Positions 49,401-61,680 of a stretch of DNA of 64,000 nucleotides are shown piece after piece; position 1 is the first letter of the stretch, and every line of letters starts with the position of its first letter. The position numbers and the translations under genes are program-made. Origin of the DNA: Guillardia theta CCMP2712 (taxonomy: Eukaryota; Protista; Cryptophyta); assembly GCF_000315625.1 (NCBI RefSeq), contig NW_005434627.1:69175-133174 (forward strand), given 5' to 3'. The notes beneath the pieces are model-generated. The model was given only the letters and a program-made list of their open reading frames with translations, searched no databases and was not told where the DNA came from.

Positions 49401-51188
49401 CTGCCTGTGTATGTTCTCAAGATGATTCGTGATGTTTTCCAGGCACTGCTGGATGACAGGATCAGATTGGAAGAGGTTCTGGAGGAGCAGACCAACATCA
49501 TGCAGGCCCTGATGCGGGAGGTTGAGACGCTCCGCCCCCACGATGACGTCACTGCGCCAGACTGCAAGGCGTTGAACCGCATCGACGAGTCGCCGGACCG
49601 TCACGAAGCGAGTCAGTTGAGCGATCATCCCACCTGCGGGGAAAGCTTCGTGAATATGCAGCCCCGCCCGCAGGACGACCGTGACGAGCATCATGATCTG
49701 GAGGAAGGAACTTCGCAAATTTGGGGCGAACCATCCAGCAAGGGTGTCCCTTCCCTCGGGTCGGGCACCTTCAAGGTAGAACGATGGAAAGTCCAGCTGG
49801 GCAGCTCCTGCGAGACAGGCTTCCTACCCGTCACCTCCCATCATGCTGATGCCGAAGTGACGGTCTGCGGGAACGCTCACACTCATGTCAACATCATCCG
49901 CCAGCCCGACGAGACTTCGAGCATTGAGAAGACGATGTGGAGCAGCGAGCCGTCGGGGAGGAAGGTGCAGCAGTGGCTGGAGCGAGCTCATCAGATGCTA
50001 GAGGAGGAGGAGGAGGAGGAGGAGGAGGAGGAGAGCAGGGACGATGTTCATAGCACAAATACCCGCAGCGCCCCTGTAGACAACGGTCTTCCCTCCAACG
50101 GAGAGTCTCTCCTCATGTTCAAACGAGTCGCTGCGCTCTCCCGAGAGAGGGTCGAGCTGAACGAGGTTGTCCACCTCCTCTCCTGTGCCGCGAAGAAGTG
50201 CGTCGAAGATCCGTCGATAGGAAGCAGCTCCAGCTCCAGCTCCAGCTCCAGCTCCAGCTCCAGCTCCACCACCCAAGGCATCCACGAAGGAGCCAGGAGG
50301 AGGGAGCCGGAGTCGAGGCAGAGACGGCTCGGTCAGTTGCACTTCCTCTCTTCTTCCCTCTCTCTGCTCACTTTGGGGCTTCCAGGTGGCCAGGAAGAGC
50401 TTTCCGAGGACGCTTTCACCCGTATCCTCCTCACAGAGATGGAGTTCGAGCTACGGGGCGAAGAGGAGGACGAGGAAGGTGGGTAGTCGCCCGCCATGGA
50501 ATGACGACACAGCATGCCCGACCCTCTTCGAGGTCCCTCCCTGCCTTGAGTGTTGGACGTGAGATGGGCATGCAGGAAGCTGTGCTCGACAAGGGTGGGG
50601 GTAACCAGGCTCCAGAGGTCAACAAGAGGAGGAGGGTCAGTTCTCTCCTCCCCGGGCTGCTCGCATGTCCATCCGTCCTTCTCACATCATCGAATTTCCC
50701 TCCTCTCATCTTCCCTCTTCTCCTCTTCCCTCCCTCCCTCTCACTCACTTTGTATTCTTCATCTTCTCTCCCCCCCTTTTCCAAATGCCGAGGCTCTCAC
50801 GCGTTTTCCTCCTGCAGGAAGAATTTCAATCTCTATGGGACCGCGAAGAGCAGAAGCGAGCGTTGGCTGGGAGGTCACCGCTTCCTCCTCCTCCTCCTCC
50901 TCCTCCTCCTCCTCCTCCTCCTCCTCCTCCTCATCCTCATTTTCATCTTCATCATCATCATCATCATCATCATCCTCAGTTCGCCTCCTCTGACCTCGTG
51001 GGCAGCAGACATGGACGGATCTTTGACGCCAACAAGCAGCAGCATCATCGCACGTGGGAGGTGGCGGACCCAGTGATCCGCCGAGCCAACGCGCAGGTTG
51101 AGATCGACGCGAGCAGCTTGTTGCAGAGGTCACAAGACTCGCGTCCTTGCGTAGCTGACGAGACTCGCAGCCTCAACTCGACCTTTGA
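46462..51188 (+). CDS. Large coiled-coil protein with golgin/pericentrin-like N-terminal basic motif
   Basis: Exon 2 EKQRKQIEKGKKILERYRNRK; long heptad-rich exons 46662-47720, 47788-48786 and 49407-50330; last exon PQLDL*. Confidence 0.7.
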
Positions 51189-51271
51189 GACCATGAAAAT
51201 GTGCCTCCTCCTCCCCCTCCGCCACCTCCGCCTCCTCCCCGGCCTCCTCGTCCTCCTCGTCCTTCTCCTCC

Positions 51272-52105
51272 TCATCGTCTGTCCTTCTCCTCCTTCATCC
51301 TCATCGAATATTTGACACCCTGTCCAGTCTCTCCTCCTGCTCTCCTCATGATCCTCGCTGCCGTCTCTGGCTTCAGCAGCCGGCTGATCGCCGACCGGCT
51401 CTTCCCGTACATCCTCGCCAGGTCCCACTGCTGGACCGCCCGCCGGCGCTTGGACGTCTCCCCGGAGGAGTAGTAGAGCCTGACGATGTCGGTCTTCTGC
51501 TGAGAGGTGAGGCGCTTCTTGCCGGTGCAGAGGGCGCTGTGCTGGATGCGGGCGTCGAGGGTCCACCGGGAGGAGGACTACGGCTGGTCTGATCCTGAGT
51601 CCTGAGGGGAGTTGCCACCGGGGGACGATGAGTCGTCGTTGATGGATGGAGATGAGCTCTGAAGAGAAGGTGCCCAAGAGGAGCCTGCCGGTAAGTCGCG
51701 GCACGACGAGCTGTTAGCTGCCATGCTGGCATCACTTGCTGCGTCTAGAACNNNNNNNNNNNNNNNNNNNNNNNNNNNNNNNNNNNNNNNNNNNNNNNNN
51801 NNNNNNNNNNNNNNNNNNNNNNNNNNNNNNNNNNNNNNNNNNNNNNNNNNNGCCTCCTCTCATCTACGTGAAGACGCAGGGTGACTGGCACGAACTTTCT
51901 TGCCATGCCTCCGCCGGATCCGCGAGCTTCTTCTCGATTGAATAGGAACTAGCTCAAGAGAGAGCAGAAGGCAAGTCGGAGGAAAGAAGGGGAAAACAGG
52001 GAGTAGAATAAGAGGAGGAGGAGGAGGAGGAGGAGGAGGAGGAGGAGGAGGAGGAGGAGAACGGTATCCGCTCTCCTCTCTCTTCAGAGTCTCATTCACG
52101 AGCAT
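51272..52105 (-). CDS. CENP-B N-terminal/psq-type HTH DNA-binding protein (in-frame TAG at 51578-51580; spans a gap)
   Basis: Frame 51577->51272 reads …GKKRLTSQQKTDIVRLYY…VQQWDLARMYGKSRSAISRLLKPE…; absent from the ORF track. Confidence 0.7.
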
Positions 52106-52158
52106 CTCATGTCTGTTAAGTGATGTTGCCTAATCAATAACTATGTACACAAAGAATA

Positions 52159-53223
52159 TCAAGGGACGGGAGGAGGAGGGAGATATCCAGCCTCCTTCCC
52201 CATCCTTGTGGTCGCCTTGAAGTCTTGCATGATCCCCTGCTCTCCCGTCAGCCCCCTCTGCTCCTTCCCCCACCATCCTCTCACCTCTCGCAGAGCGTCC
52301 ATCCTCGCCTTGATCGCTGCCTTGGCCTGCGCCGACATGCCGATGGAAGCAGCCGCTCCTGCATCTGATCCGGGCATGAGCGACACTGCTAAAACCTCCT
52401 CCTTCCCCTTCCCCTTCCCCCTCCCCTTCCCCCTCCCCCTCCCCCTCCCCCTCCCCACCTCCTCCTCCTCCTTACCTGTTCCTACTCCCTTCGGAAGCGC
52501 AGCTTGTGGGTCAAGAGTCCCAAGGTTGTTTCCGCCCCTCCCCCCGCTCCTGCACCCTCAGGCGCAGCCAGTGGGTCTTGAGCTGCTGAGGAGGACAGCG
52601 ATCCCAGGTCCGAGGCTCCCGTGGAGCTCTCAGAAAGTGTCGTCGCATCCTCTCCGTTCTTATGCCCACCGTGCCCGCTGTAGGAGGATGAAGGTGCTGA
52701 AAACATCTTCCACAGAAGATCTCCTCCTCCTCCTCCTCCTCCTCCTGCGTTGTTGCCCGCCTGCTCAGCGAGGTCAGTGGAGAGCAGAGGAGAACGAGGA
52801 GGATTCAATACCATCTGCAACTTTGTGGTAGCGCTAGCAAGACCTTCAGAAGCAGACAAGGGCTGGGGAACGGAACCCGCCTGCATCTGCGCTGTCGCTG
52901 CCTTCACCGCTGTGGGTGATGGTCCAGCTCTCATGGGTAGGGAAGGCTGAGGAGGAGCCGGCATCTGTTATCCGAGTGAGGAGAGGCGGCAGGAGGAGGA
53001 GGAGGAGGAGGAGGAGGAGGAGGAGGAGGAGGAGGAGGAGGAGGAGGAGAAGGAGGAGGAGGCGAGGGGCAGGGGCATGGAAGGAGGAGCACTACCTGAG
53101 CGTATGGTGATTGAGATGCATACTGGTACATCGGTTGAGGGCTGATGTCCTGCTGCCGAGGATACAACATCTGCTGCTGCTGCTGAGGATACAACATCTG
53201 CTGCTGCTGCTGCGGATACAACA

Positions 53224-53260
<37 letters not shown>

Positions 53261-54601
53261 GACAGCGTAAGGCTGTTGAGGCGCGTACATGGGCTGTTGA
53301 GGAGGGGAGTACATCATCTCTTGAGGCGCGTACATCTGTTGCCCTTGAGCAGCGTACATGGGCTGCTGAGGAGGAAACGCCGGCTGCTGAGGAGCGTACA
53401 TTATCTGCTGCTGGGGATACTGCTGCATGCCGTAAGGGGCTGGTTGCTGGTTGTAGGCAAGCTGCGGTACAGGAGGATACATGGGACGGGCCGGGTACGC
53501 CTGATACTGCAGGGAGGCTTGCACTGCTTCCTGCTGCTGTGGAGGAGGAAACCCAGCCTGTAGACCCGAAGGAGCAGAGGAAGCGAACTGCTGCTGGGGA
53601 GCGGGCTGGGCAAGGGCCTTCTCCTGCTCTTGATCAGCAGCTGCTTCAAGTCCATCGGGTCCTTCCTGAAGGATCTGCTTGTCATACGACGAGAGCATGC
53701 TCTGCGTGTCTTCCTTGCTCGTCGCGGGTGTCTCCATGAGCTGCTGGGTAGCCATTCCCTTCCCCTCGTTCGCCCCCTTCACCACCTTCGCCTGCTTCTC
53801 CCCCGCTGCCCCCTTGCTCAACGAGATCGCGGAGGCCTCGGATTTCTTCTTGGCCAGCAGCTTCTTCCTCGCCAGCTCCTTCTTCTCCACCGGGCTCAGA
53901 GCGTTCTGCCACATGACGTGAATCGCTCCTCCGCCTCGTCGCTTCCTTCACGTACCTGAAGGACGTAGTCTTCGGTGCTGCCTCCTCGCTTCGCCTGCTG
54001 CTTCTTGATGCTCGCGACGATCAAGTCATCGGTCTGGTCTTGGAGCTCTTTCCCCATCGCTTTCTCCTCTTCCTTCTCGCGCTCCTCCACCTGCCCCTCA
54101 GTCAGCAGACATGTCGAGGTTGTCATCCCTCCCTACCGCCCTCACGAGGTCCCTTGTCTTGATCTTGTGCTCGGCGATCTGCTTCTCCAGCGAGCTAGCG
54201 GACGTGTGCGCCACTGCCACCGCACTTTTCTTCGCCTGCTGCTTGACCGCCTTGACCTTGACGTTCTTGGTGGTGTCGACATGGGTCAGGCGAGCACGAG
54301 CATGGCGCAAGATCTCGTCAGCAACGCTGTCCGTGTCCAACATGGAGGTACGAGTTACGACCGAGGAGGAGGAGGAGGAGCCAACAAGCGCGACAGCAGC
54401 TGCGAGAGCGCAGGTAGCCACGAGGACCCATGCTCTGTCCTTAAAGTAGGAGGTGGGTCGAGCAGGAAGAGAGGGACGGGAGGAAGAATACGTAGAGGAG
54501 GATGGAGAAAGCGAGGGTGAAAACGATGAGGAGGGAGAAGAGGAGGAGGGAGGAGGAGCAGAGGAGGAGGAGGAGGACGGGTATGGCGCCTCCTCCGCCA
54601 T
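52159..54601 (-). CDS. Membrane-anchored Q/P/A-rich protein of unknown function
   Basis: N-terminal hydrophobic segment AWVLVATCALAAAVALVG, then coiled/basic exons and MYAPQQ/MLYPQQQQQ repeats; consistent spliced exons. Confidence 0.65.
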
Positions 54602-54859
54602 GCCGAAATTAGCACCCAGGACCCTACCCCAGGAGGAATACTTTGATACACTACCCTACATTACTAAGGCTTATCTGCTTTCGAAGGAGGGGTAATATAA
54701 GTACCCACCCCTCTTTCTAGCTCCTAGGGCTTTCAGATTTCAGTTCGCTCAATCATCAACGGTTACAGAAACGTTGCAAAGTCGTTAAGATTGTAACGGT
54801 TTGTGTGAAAGGTCAGGAGAAAATGCAGAGGACAAAAATTGGAGGAGGGAGGGAGAAGG

Positions 54860-54893
<34 letters not shown>

Positions 54894-55129
54894 GTCGAGG
54901 AGGAGGAGGAGGAGGAGGATGTTGCAGGTCGATGAACATAGAGCTTAAGACTTGAGGTCGCGATATTGTGACGAGGGAGGAATGGGCAGTGGAGTGGAAA
55001 CATAGCAGTGGACAACCCGGCAAAGAGGAATGGAGTTTAGGAGGGAAACTAGAAGAGCTATAGACAGGATGAGGATGATCATATTGAAATGACGACAAGG
55101 GACTATGTAATGGCTGACCGTATTGCCAG

Positions 55130-58100
55130 GCAGTTTCTGGGAACCTAAACTATGTCGGGCTTCAAAGGTAAGCAGCAGCCGTTTCTGTGCTTGTTGCAGG
55201 CTGATGTTCCCTCTAGAGGAGCCCAGGAGCGGCAAACCCGCAGGTGTCGGAATCTACTTCCAGGTAGCGATAACACCGTGTGCTCTCCTGCCCTCCGCTT
55301 CCTCCGTTCCCCTTCCTGGAGCTCTTCCTGCCCTCCCCCGTGCGCTTACTCCCTCCCTCCTTCCCTCCCTCCCCGCTCCTTTCAACCACCCACCCTCCCT
55401 CCCTCCCTCTCCCTCCCTCCCTCCCTCCCTTCACCCACCTTCCCTCCCTCCCTCTCTAGAGCTGAGCCACTGAGCAGGAGAGTGGGAGCAAGATCGTGGT
55501 GAACCACTTGATTCGAGGAGGGTCAGCGGAGCGAAGCGGGAAAATCATTCCAGGTGGGAGGAGGAGGATGGGGAGGAGGAGGAGGAGGAGGAGGAGGAGG
55601 ATCGACTGACGGTTGATGGCTGTCACAGGGGATGTGATCACGGCCATTGACGGCAAGAATGTCGAGGGGAAGGTGAACGAATCTGCTGCCACTGATGTCT
55701 CGCACTCGCTGCCTTGCGTTATGAGATTCTCTTCCTGAGCTCGTCTGCGTGTCTTGCATCCCTCTGCTCGTTGTATGCCCTGCCCTTCCCCGCGAGACCT
55801 GCCATGCACCTCTGAGACGACGTGAGTCGCCGTTGCTGAGGACGTTACCTTCCAGTCCGTTGGAGAGCTCCGCAACTACATCGTTGGCATCGAAGGAAGG
55901 TGTGACGCGCGACCGCGTGCGGCGCCCGGCCTTCCTGAGACGTGCTTGGTCGCAGCTCCGTCAACCTCTCCTTTCTCCGCGAGTCCGACGGGAGCTCCAA
56001 GTGAGTACGAGGGGCCTGACCAGCAACGATGACCTCCTTCCTTGCGTCTTCTCCCTGCTGTGGCTGAGTGGTCCTCCAGCTCCTTCGATGTCATGCTCGT
56101 CCGAGGCTCCCCTGAGTTCATCGCTACGGTAAGTCGATTCCCTTGCGGCCCGCTGCTCTCCTCCTCATCCTCATCCTCATCCTCCTCCTCTCCACCTCCT
56201 CCTCTATCATCGTCATTGCCCTCCTTGACTCGTTTGTTTCGCAGCTGTACAAGGCGGAAGGCCCGAGTTCATCCAGTGAGATCAGACCTGAGTCGCCCAG
56301 GACCTCGTTGTCGCAAGTCATTTCCTCTTCGATGACTCCGCAAGAGCCCATGAGGTGTTTGATCTTCCCTCCTTTATCGCCCTTCCTCCATCTCCTCCTC
56401 CTGTTTCCTCCTTGTCCTCCTCCCTCCTCCCTCCTGCCCCCCCCCCTTGACGTGTCAGTTAACGTTTGCGCGACAGGAGCCCGGCTGTCATGATGAGTCC
56501 AGCCTCTGTGCGTGAAAATCCTTCGGGAAAGTTCCGGGGGTCTGATCTGTTGTAGGACAACGACGCGCTGATGCGAGTCAAGAGGGAGTTGGAGGAGTCC
56601 AGGATCACCAGTGACAAGCGGTTGAAGGAAAAGTTCGAGGTGAGAGGGCGGCTGGGCAGTTGCAGGCAACGGTGGCGTCGAGTGAGTTAGTGAGACCATG
56701 GCAGGCGGAAAGGGAGAAGCAAACCCTTCAGAGGCAGCTGGACGAGGTTTGACTCGACCGTTTCGACGGTTTTTTTTCGCGTGACTGCTGGTCGACCAGG
56801 TCTTGCAGACCCTCAAGGAGACGCGGAGGGAGAAGGGGAGGATCGAGCACGAGCTGGTAGGGATCAGCTGGAGTTTGACGGAGGTGGCTTGACTTGCGCG
56901 CAGGCTGAGGAGAAGCGGAGGCTCGAGGAGGCATCGCAGCAGCACGAGTCAAGTAGCGGAAGTCTCGGACTCGCCTCGTTTGCTGACTTGCGATCAGAAC
57001 GACAAGCGTTGCAGCGAGAGCTTGACTACTTGAGGGAAGAGAGGGATAAGAGCAGCAGCAATGTAGGGAGATGGAGGAGGAGGATGGGCCCAGAGGCTGA
57101 CAGAGAGCTGCAGGTCCAGTCTGAAGCTTCCTTCCTGCGACAAGGTTCAACCTGTGCTCCTCCGTCTCCTCTCCTCCCCCTCATGCCTCTGGCGCAGAGC
57201 TCGAGAACTTGACGCAGAAATTGAGGAACGCGGAGGTTGCAAGGGACATTGCGGAGGATCGTTGCCAGGTGACTTTGCCTTGTCTGAATCTCCTTCCTCT
57301 CCCTCCCTCCCTCTCGCCTCCTCCTCCCCCTCCTCCTCCTCTGCTGCTGCTTCTGCTGACCCTGCAAAGTGTCTCCGTCCTCTTCCTCTCCCTGCGCTAC
57401 CTCAGATGCCCTCTTGCTGAACCTCTTGCGCTCCAGGTGCTGATCCAGCAGAAGGCCGAGCTGGCCTCCCGCAAAGTGAGTGAGAGGGACAGGGAAATGC
57501 ATCCTTACTCTAACCTTATCTCTCCCCTCCGCTCCCTCCCGCTCCTCTCGCTTCCCCTCCCCTCCCCTCCTCTCCTCTCCCCTCGCCTCTCAGGTCGAAA
57601 ATCCGGACGAGGCCCTCAAGGCCGAGGTTGCCATGAAAGACACGGAGATCGCTAGGTGAGCTGGTAGTGCTCAGGAGCGGCAGCAGCTAACGGCTGATAC
57701 CAGGCTGAAGTTTGAGCTCGAGAATCTTAAGGAAGGATACAAGACGACGGTCTCCTCTCCTCTCCTCTCCTCTCCTCTCCTCTCCTCCCTCCTCCCTCCA
57801 TCTCCTCCTCCTCCATCTCCTCCTCCATCTCCTCCTCCCTCCATCTCCTCCTCCATCTCCTCCTCCCTCCATCGCCTCCTCCCCTTGTACGCCTTGTCTG
57901 TCCGGCCCCTCCTCACTCCCTTGCCCCCCTCCTTCCTCTTCATCCATCACGGACCCTCCTCCTCGCTCTGACCGATTGATCCTTTCTGCGTCCAGACGAG
58001 TCGCCTGCAGGAAGCCATCGAGGCGACGCAGGTGGAGCAGATTCTTCAGCTGCTCCCTCAAGGCTGATCCCCGCTTGCAGAACACCCCTGTCCACTTGGA

Positions 58101-58160
58101 CAACGAGTTCCGTGACACTGGTACGACTGGAGGGTGGAGAGCAGGAAGCAGGAAGCAGGA

Positions 58161-58223
<63 letters not shown>

Positions 58224-60535
58224 ACGGTCATTGAATGCTGTCTTGGCAGGTCGTCTCGCCATCCTCGCTATCCCGCACCTCGTCTCCCACCTGCATGTAA
58301 CTTCCAACTTGGGACCTTGAGGAAAGGGACGACAGTGACTGGTGCTTCCAGTCGATCCAAGACGGGCAGGAGAGCGGCAAGGGAGGATCCCCCTCCACCT
58401 CAATCCTCATCCACGCGCTCAACCCCGTCAGAGCGAGGTAGGAACCATGCTCTTGCCCTTGAGCTGCTCATAATGTCGCTGCTCAGATGTCTCTCCTGCA
58501 TCCCACAGTCTATCCCACAGCTTGTCTCTCTCCTGGTCTCACGACAGGTTCGACCCTGCTTGCCCTCGCTGTTGCTATCAGACCTCCTCTTCCTCTGTCA
58601 TTCTTAGCTCTCCCCGTTTTCAAAGCCTCCTGCTTCTCCGCTCTTCCCCCTCCCCACCTCTTCCTCCTCCTCCATCATCACGTCATCGTCATCCTTACTT
58701 TACCATCAGGTGTCTACTGTTCGCGAGTCAAGCTTCGCGATTGCGCTCTCTTCAGTCTCGCAAGGTTGAGAGGAGGCGAATCGCCAGCGCGAGTGTGCTG
58801 ACGTGGCTGGCAGAGGGAAGGGGAGCCATCCTCTCGATGCCGCAGGTGAGTTGAGGGCTGGTGGGGCGCGTGGACCTGATGGGCTACAGGCGCTGGGCCA
58901 TCTCAACACTCTCCTCAACTCCTCTGACATCCAAACCCGTCGCAAGTACGACCCCTCTCTCCTCCCTCTTGCCAACCCCTCCTCCCTCCTCCCTCCTCCC
59001 TCCTCCCTCCTCCCGTCCCCCTCCTCTCTCCTCCGTCTTGCCAACCCCTCCTCTTCTCCTCCTCCTCCTCCTCCTCCTCCTCCTCCTCCTCCTCCTCCTC
59101 CTCCTCCTCCCCATCCTCCACCTCCTCCTCCTCCCCATCCTCCACCTCCTCCTCCACCTCCTCCACCTCCTCCTCATCCTCCTCCCGCTCCCCCTCCTCA
59201 TCCTCCTCCCCCTCCTCCTCCTCCTCCTCCTCCTCCTCCTCCTCCTCCTCCTCCTCCTCCTCCCCATCCTCCACCTCCACCTCCACCTCGCTCTTCTCCT
59301 CATCCCGTACCTTCTCGCTATGTCTGTGCTCCTGACTGCCTCCACCTCTGCAGCGGAGCTGTCGCCTTAGGCAACATCGCCATGGAAGGTCAAGGAAGAA
59401 CCGCATTGCTTCAGGGTACGGGAAGGAGGGGAGGAGGGGACGAAGCAAGGAAATAGGAAGAGGAAGGGGAAGAGGAGGAGAGAGGAGAGAGGAGAGGAGG
59501 AGAGGAGGAGGCGATTTGATTTTGCTGTGCAGTCTTCGACATCATTCCCGAGCTCCTGCGCCTGCTGATCGGAGAAGACATGGAGTGCAAGCGCAGGTGC
59601 GAGACGAGGGGATGAGGGCGAAGGTGCCAGAGGGTGATCGAGAGAGGACGGGAACGAAGAAAGGAGGGGAGGAGAGGAGGTCGTGAAGGATGTAGGATGA
59701 AGTAGGAGGAGAGGAAGAGGAGAGGAAGAGGAGAGGACAGGGACGAGGGAGAGGGGGATGAGCTCGGAGGGTCTTCGAGTGACGTTGCTCTAGCGCCGCT
59801 CTTGCTCTTGGAAATCTGTTCATCGAGTCTCTTGCGCGCGACCAATACTTGAACATTCACATGTCGGTCAAGGAGCTGGCAGAGCAGGTGAGAGGAAATT
59901 CTGAAACTTCCTTTCTCCCCCCCCCTCCTCCTCCTCCTCCTTCTCCTCCTCTCTTGGTCCAACTGGTCCTCGCTCCACCGATGCCCTCATCCCTTTCCTT
60001 TCTAGCTCCCTCCACTCCTCGGCTTCCTCTCGTTGATCAAACGTGCAGTTGAAGTCTCCGGATCGCTTCCTGGTCCGCTACACCACTGGTAACTCCCCTC
60101 CTCCTCCTCCTCCTCCTCCTCATCATCATCCATCATCCCGTACCTTCTCGCTATGTCTGTGCTCCTGACTGCCTCCACCTCTGCAGCGGAGCTGTCGCCT
60201 TAGGCAACATCGCCATGGAAGGTCAAGGAAGANNNNNNNNNNNNNNNNNNNNNNNNNNNNNNNNNNNNNNNNNNNNNNNNNNNNNNNNNNNNNNNNNNNN
60301 NNNNNNNNNNNNNNNNNNNNNNNNNNNNNNNNGGTAACTCTTATCCTCCATTCCTACGACTTCCTTTTTCGTTGACCTCCCTCCCTCCCTCCCTCCCTCC
60401 CTCCTCCTCCTCCTCCTCCTCCTCCTCCTCCTCCACCACCACCACCACCACCACCACCACCACCACCACCACCACCACCACCACCACCTGCAGGTTCCCG
60501 AGCGCGTGACCGCTTCCTTCCTTGGCCTCCCTGTG
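55130..60535 (+). CDS. PDZ domain + coiled coil + armadillo-repeat protein (start further upstream; may be two genes)
   Basis: AGVGIYFQ…IVVNHLIRGGSAERSGKIIP|GDVITAIDGKNVEGK…YIVGIEGS (PDZ); coiled exons; ARM-like AVALGNIAMEGQGR, IIPELLRLL, AALALGNL. Confidence 0.7.
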
Positions 60536-60559
60536 AGCAGCTTCTCCTCTATCAGGCCC

Positions 60560-60935
60560 CTCCTGTGACTGGCCTCTCAGATTCCTTTCGCCGACTCCGA
60601 CGGCCTAGGGATCCCCCAGACCATCACCAAGAGGACTTCCCTCCAAGTCTGAGCCCTCAGCCGCACCGAAGACATCAGTCCAGTCCGAGGCGAGGAGGAA
60701 GTGGGGGACCGTCCGGACTCCTGGGGAGGAGGAGCCTCCCGTCAGACTCCGGGCCGCGGAAGGCGGCACCTGTTTGTGCCCTTCAAGTTTCTACTGTTAC
60801 GATAGCAAGACGATTAAACCAACTTGGCGCTTCAAATCCTTGCAAGATCCTTCAACCTCCGACGCTGGTACAGGACGCCGGGGCCGGGGCCGCCGGGCCG
60901 GCCCGGGAAACTCAGTCACTGACCGTCCACGCAGC
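60560..60935. other. GC-rich palindrome-dense block 7 (weaker), upstream of the RSH promoter tract
   Basis: GTCCGGAC, GGGCCGGCCCGGG and TCAGTCACTGA units, then AT-rich DNA and a TACCCTACCC tract. Confidence 0.5.
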
Positions 60936-61680
60936 CTACCGTTTTTCAATTTGGAAACAGATTTGGAAAACTCAGAATGGTCTATAGGGGGATGAGGGTG
61001 CGATTGGGTGTAAGAAGATCGAAAAGTAAGAAGGTGGGGTGGGGTGGTACATACCAGGGGTACTTTGCTCTGAAAGTACCCCTCCAATAGCCTCCTGCAA
61101 CTGACCCGCAACTAGTCCCCATAAAGAGACACCCCCTTTTCAACTCTAGGTAGCGCTGAGACCCCGTGGTAACAAAAATCCCGAGTACCCTACCCTACTT
61201 TTCCCAACAAATCAGAAGATAATCTAACGGGTAATCAATTAGTGAACATGTACCCTACCCTACCTTTTTGGTCGCCAACTCACCCCCACCCCTTGAGAAA
61301 GAACCTACCACAACTCCATTCTGTACCCCCTCCCCTCCGCCCTCCAGCCGTCGACGGAGCTTTCAGGGAGAGAGGAGGAGGAGGAGGAGGAACAAGTCAA
61401 GGCGGCTTCAGAGCATGGCTGATCATGATCAAGGGAGAGGAGGAGAAGGAGGAGAGAGATCGCTCGAGCACAAGAGGCCGTTCTTCCTCTCAGCGCTCAG
61501 TTGATCTACTTACAAACTCTCTCCTTCCATTGGCTAGACAGAGATTGTTTCACGTCAAATCCGGAGTTTCCCGCCTGTCTATAACACCAGCAAGCACAGT
61601 AAGGCTAACAACATCAACGCATCCGTCACTCCATTCCATCCCCTTCGGCTGCTCTCGAGGTCTCGGTCTGCTTCCACGGC

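Noticed and set aside
58803-59456. Poly-Pro/poly-Leu/poly-Glu ORFs (also 16003-16755, 38778-39077)
   Set aside because: Intronic (CCT)n/(CTCCTG)n repeats flanked by GT/AG boundaries.
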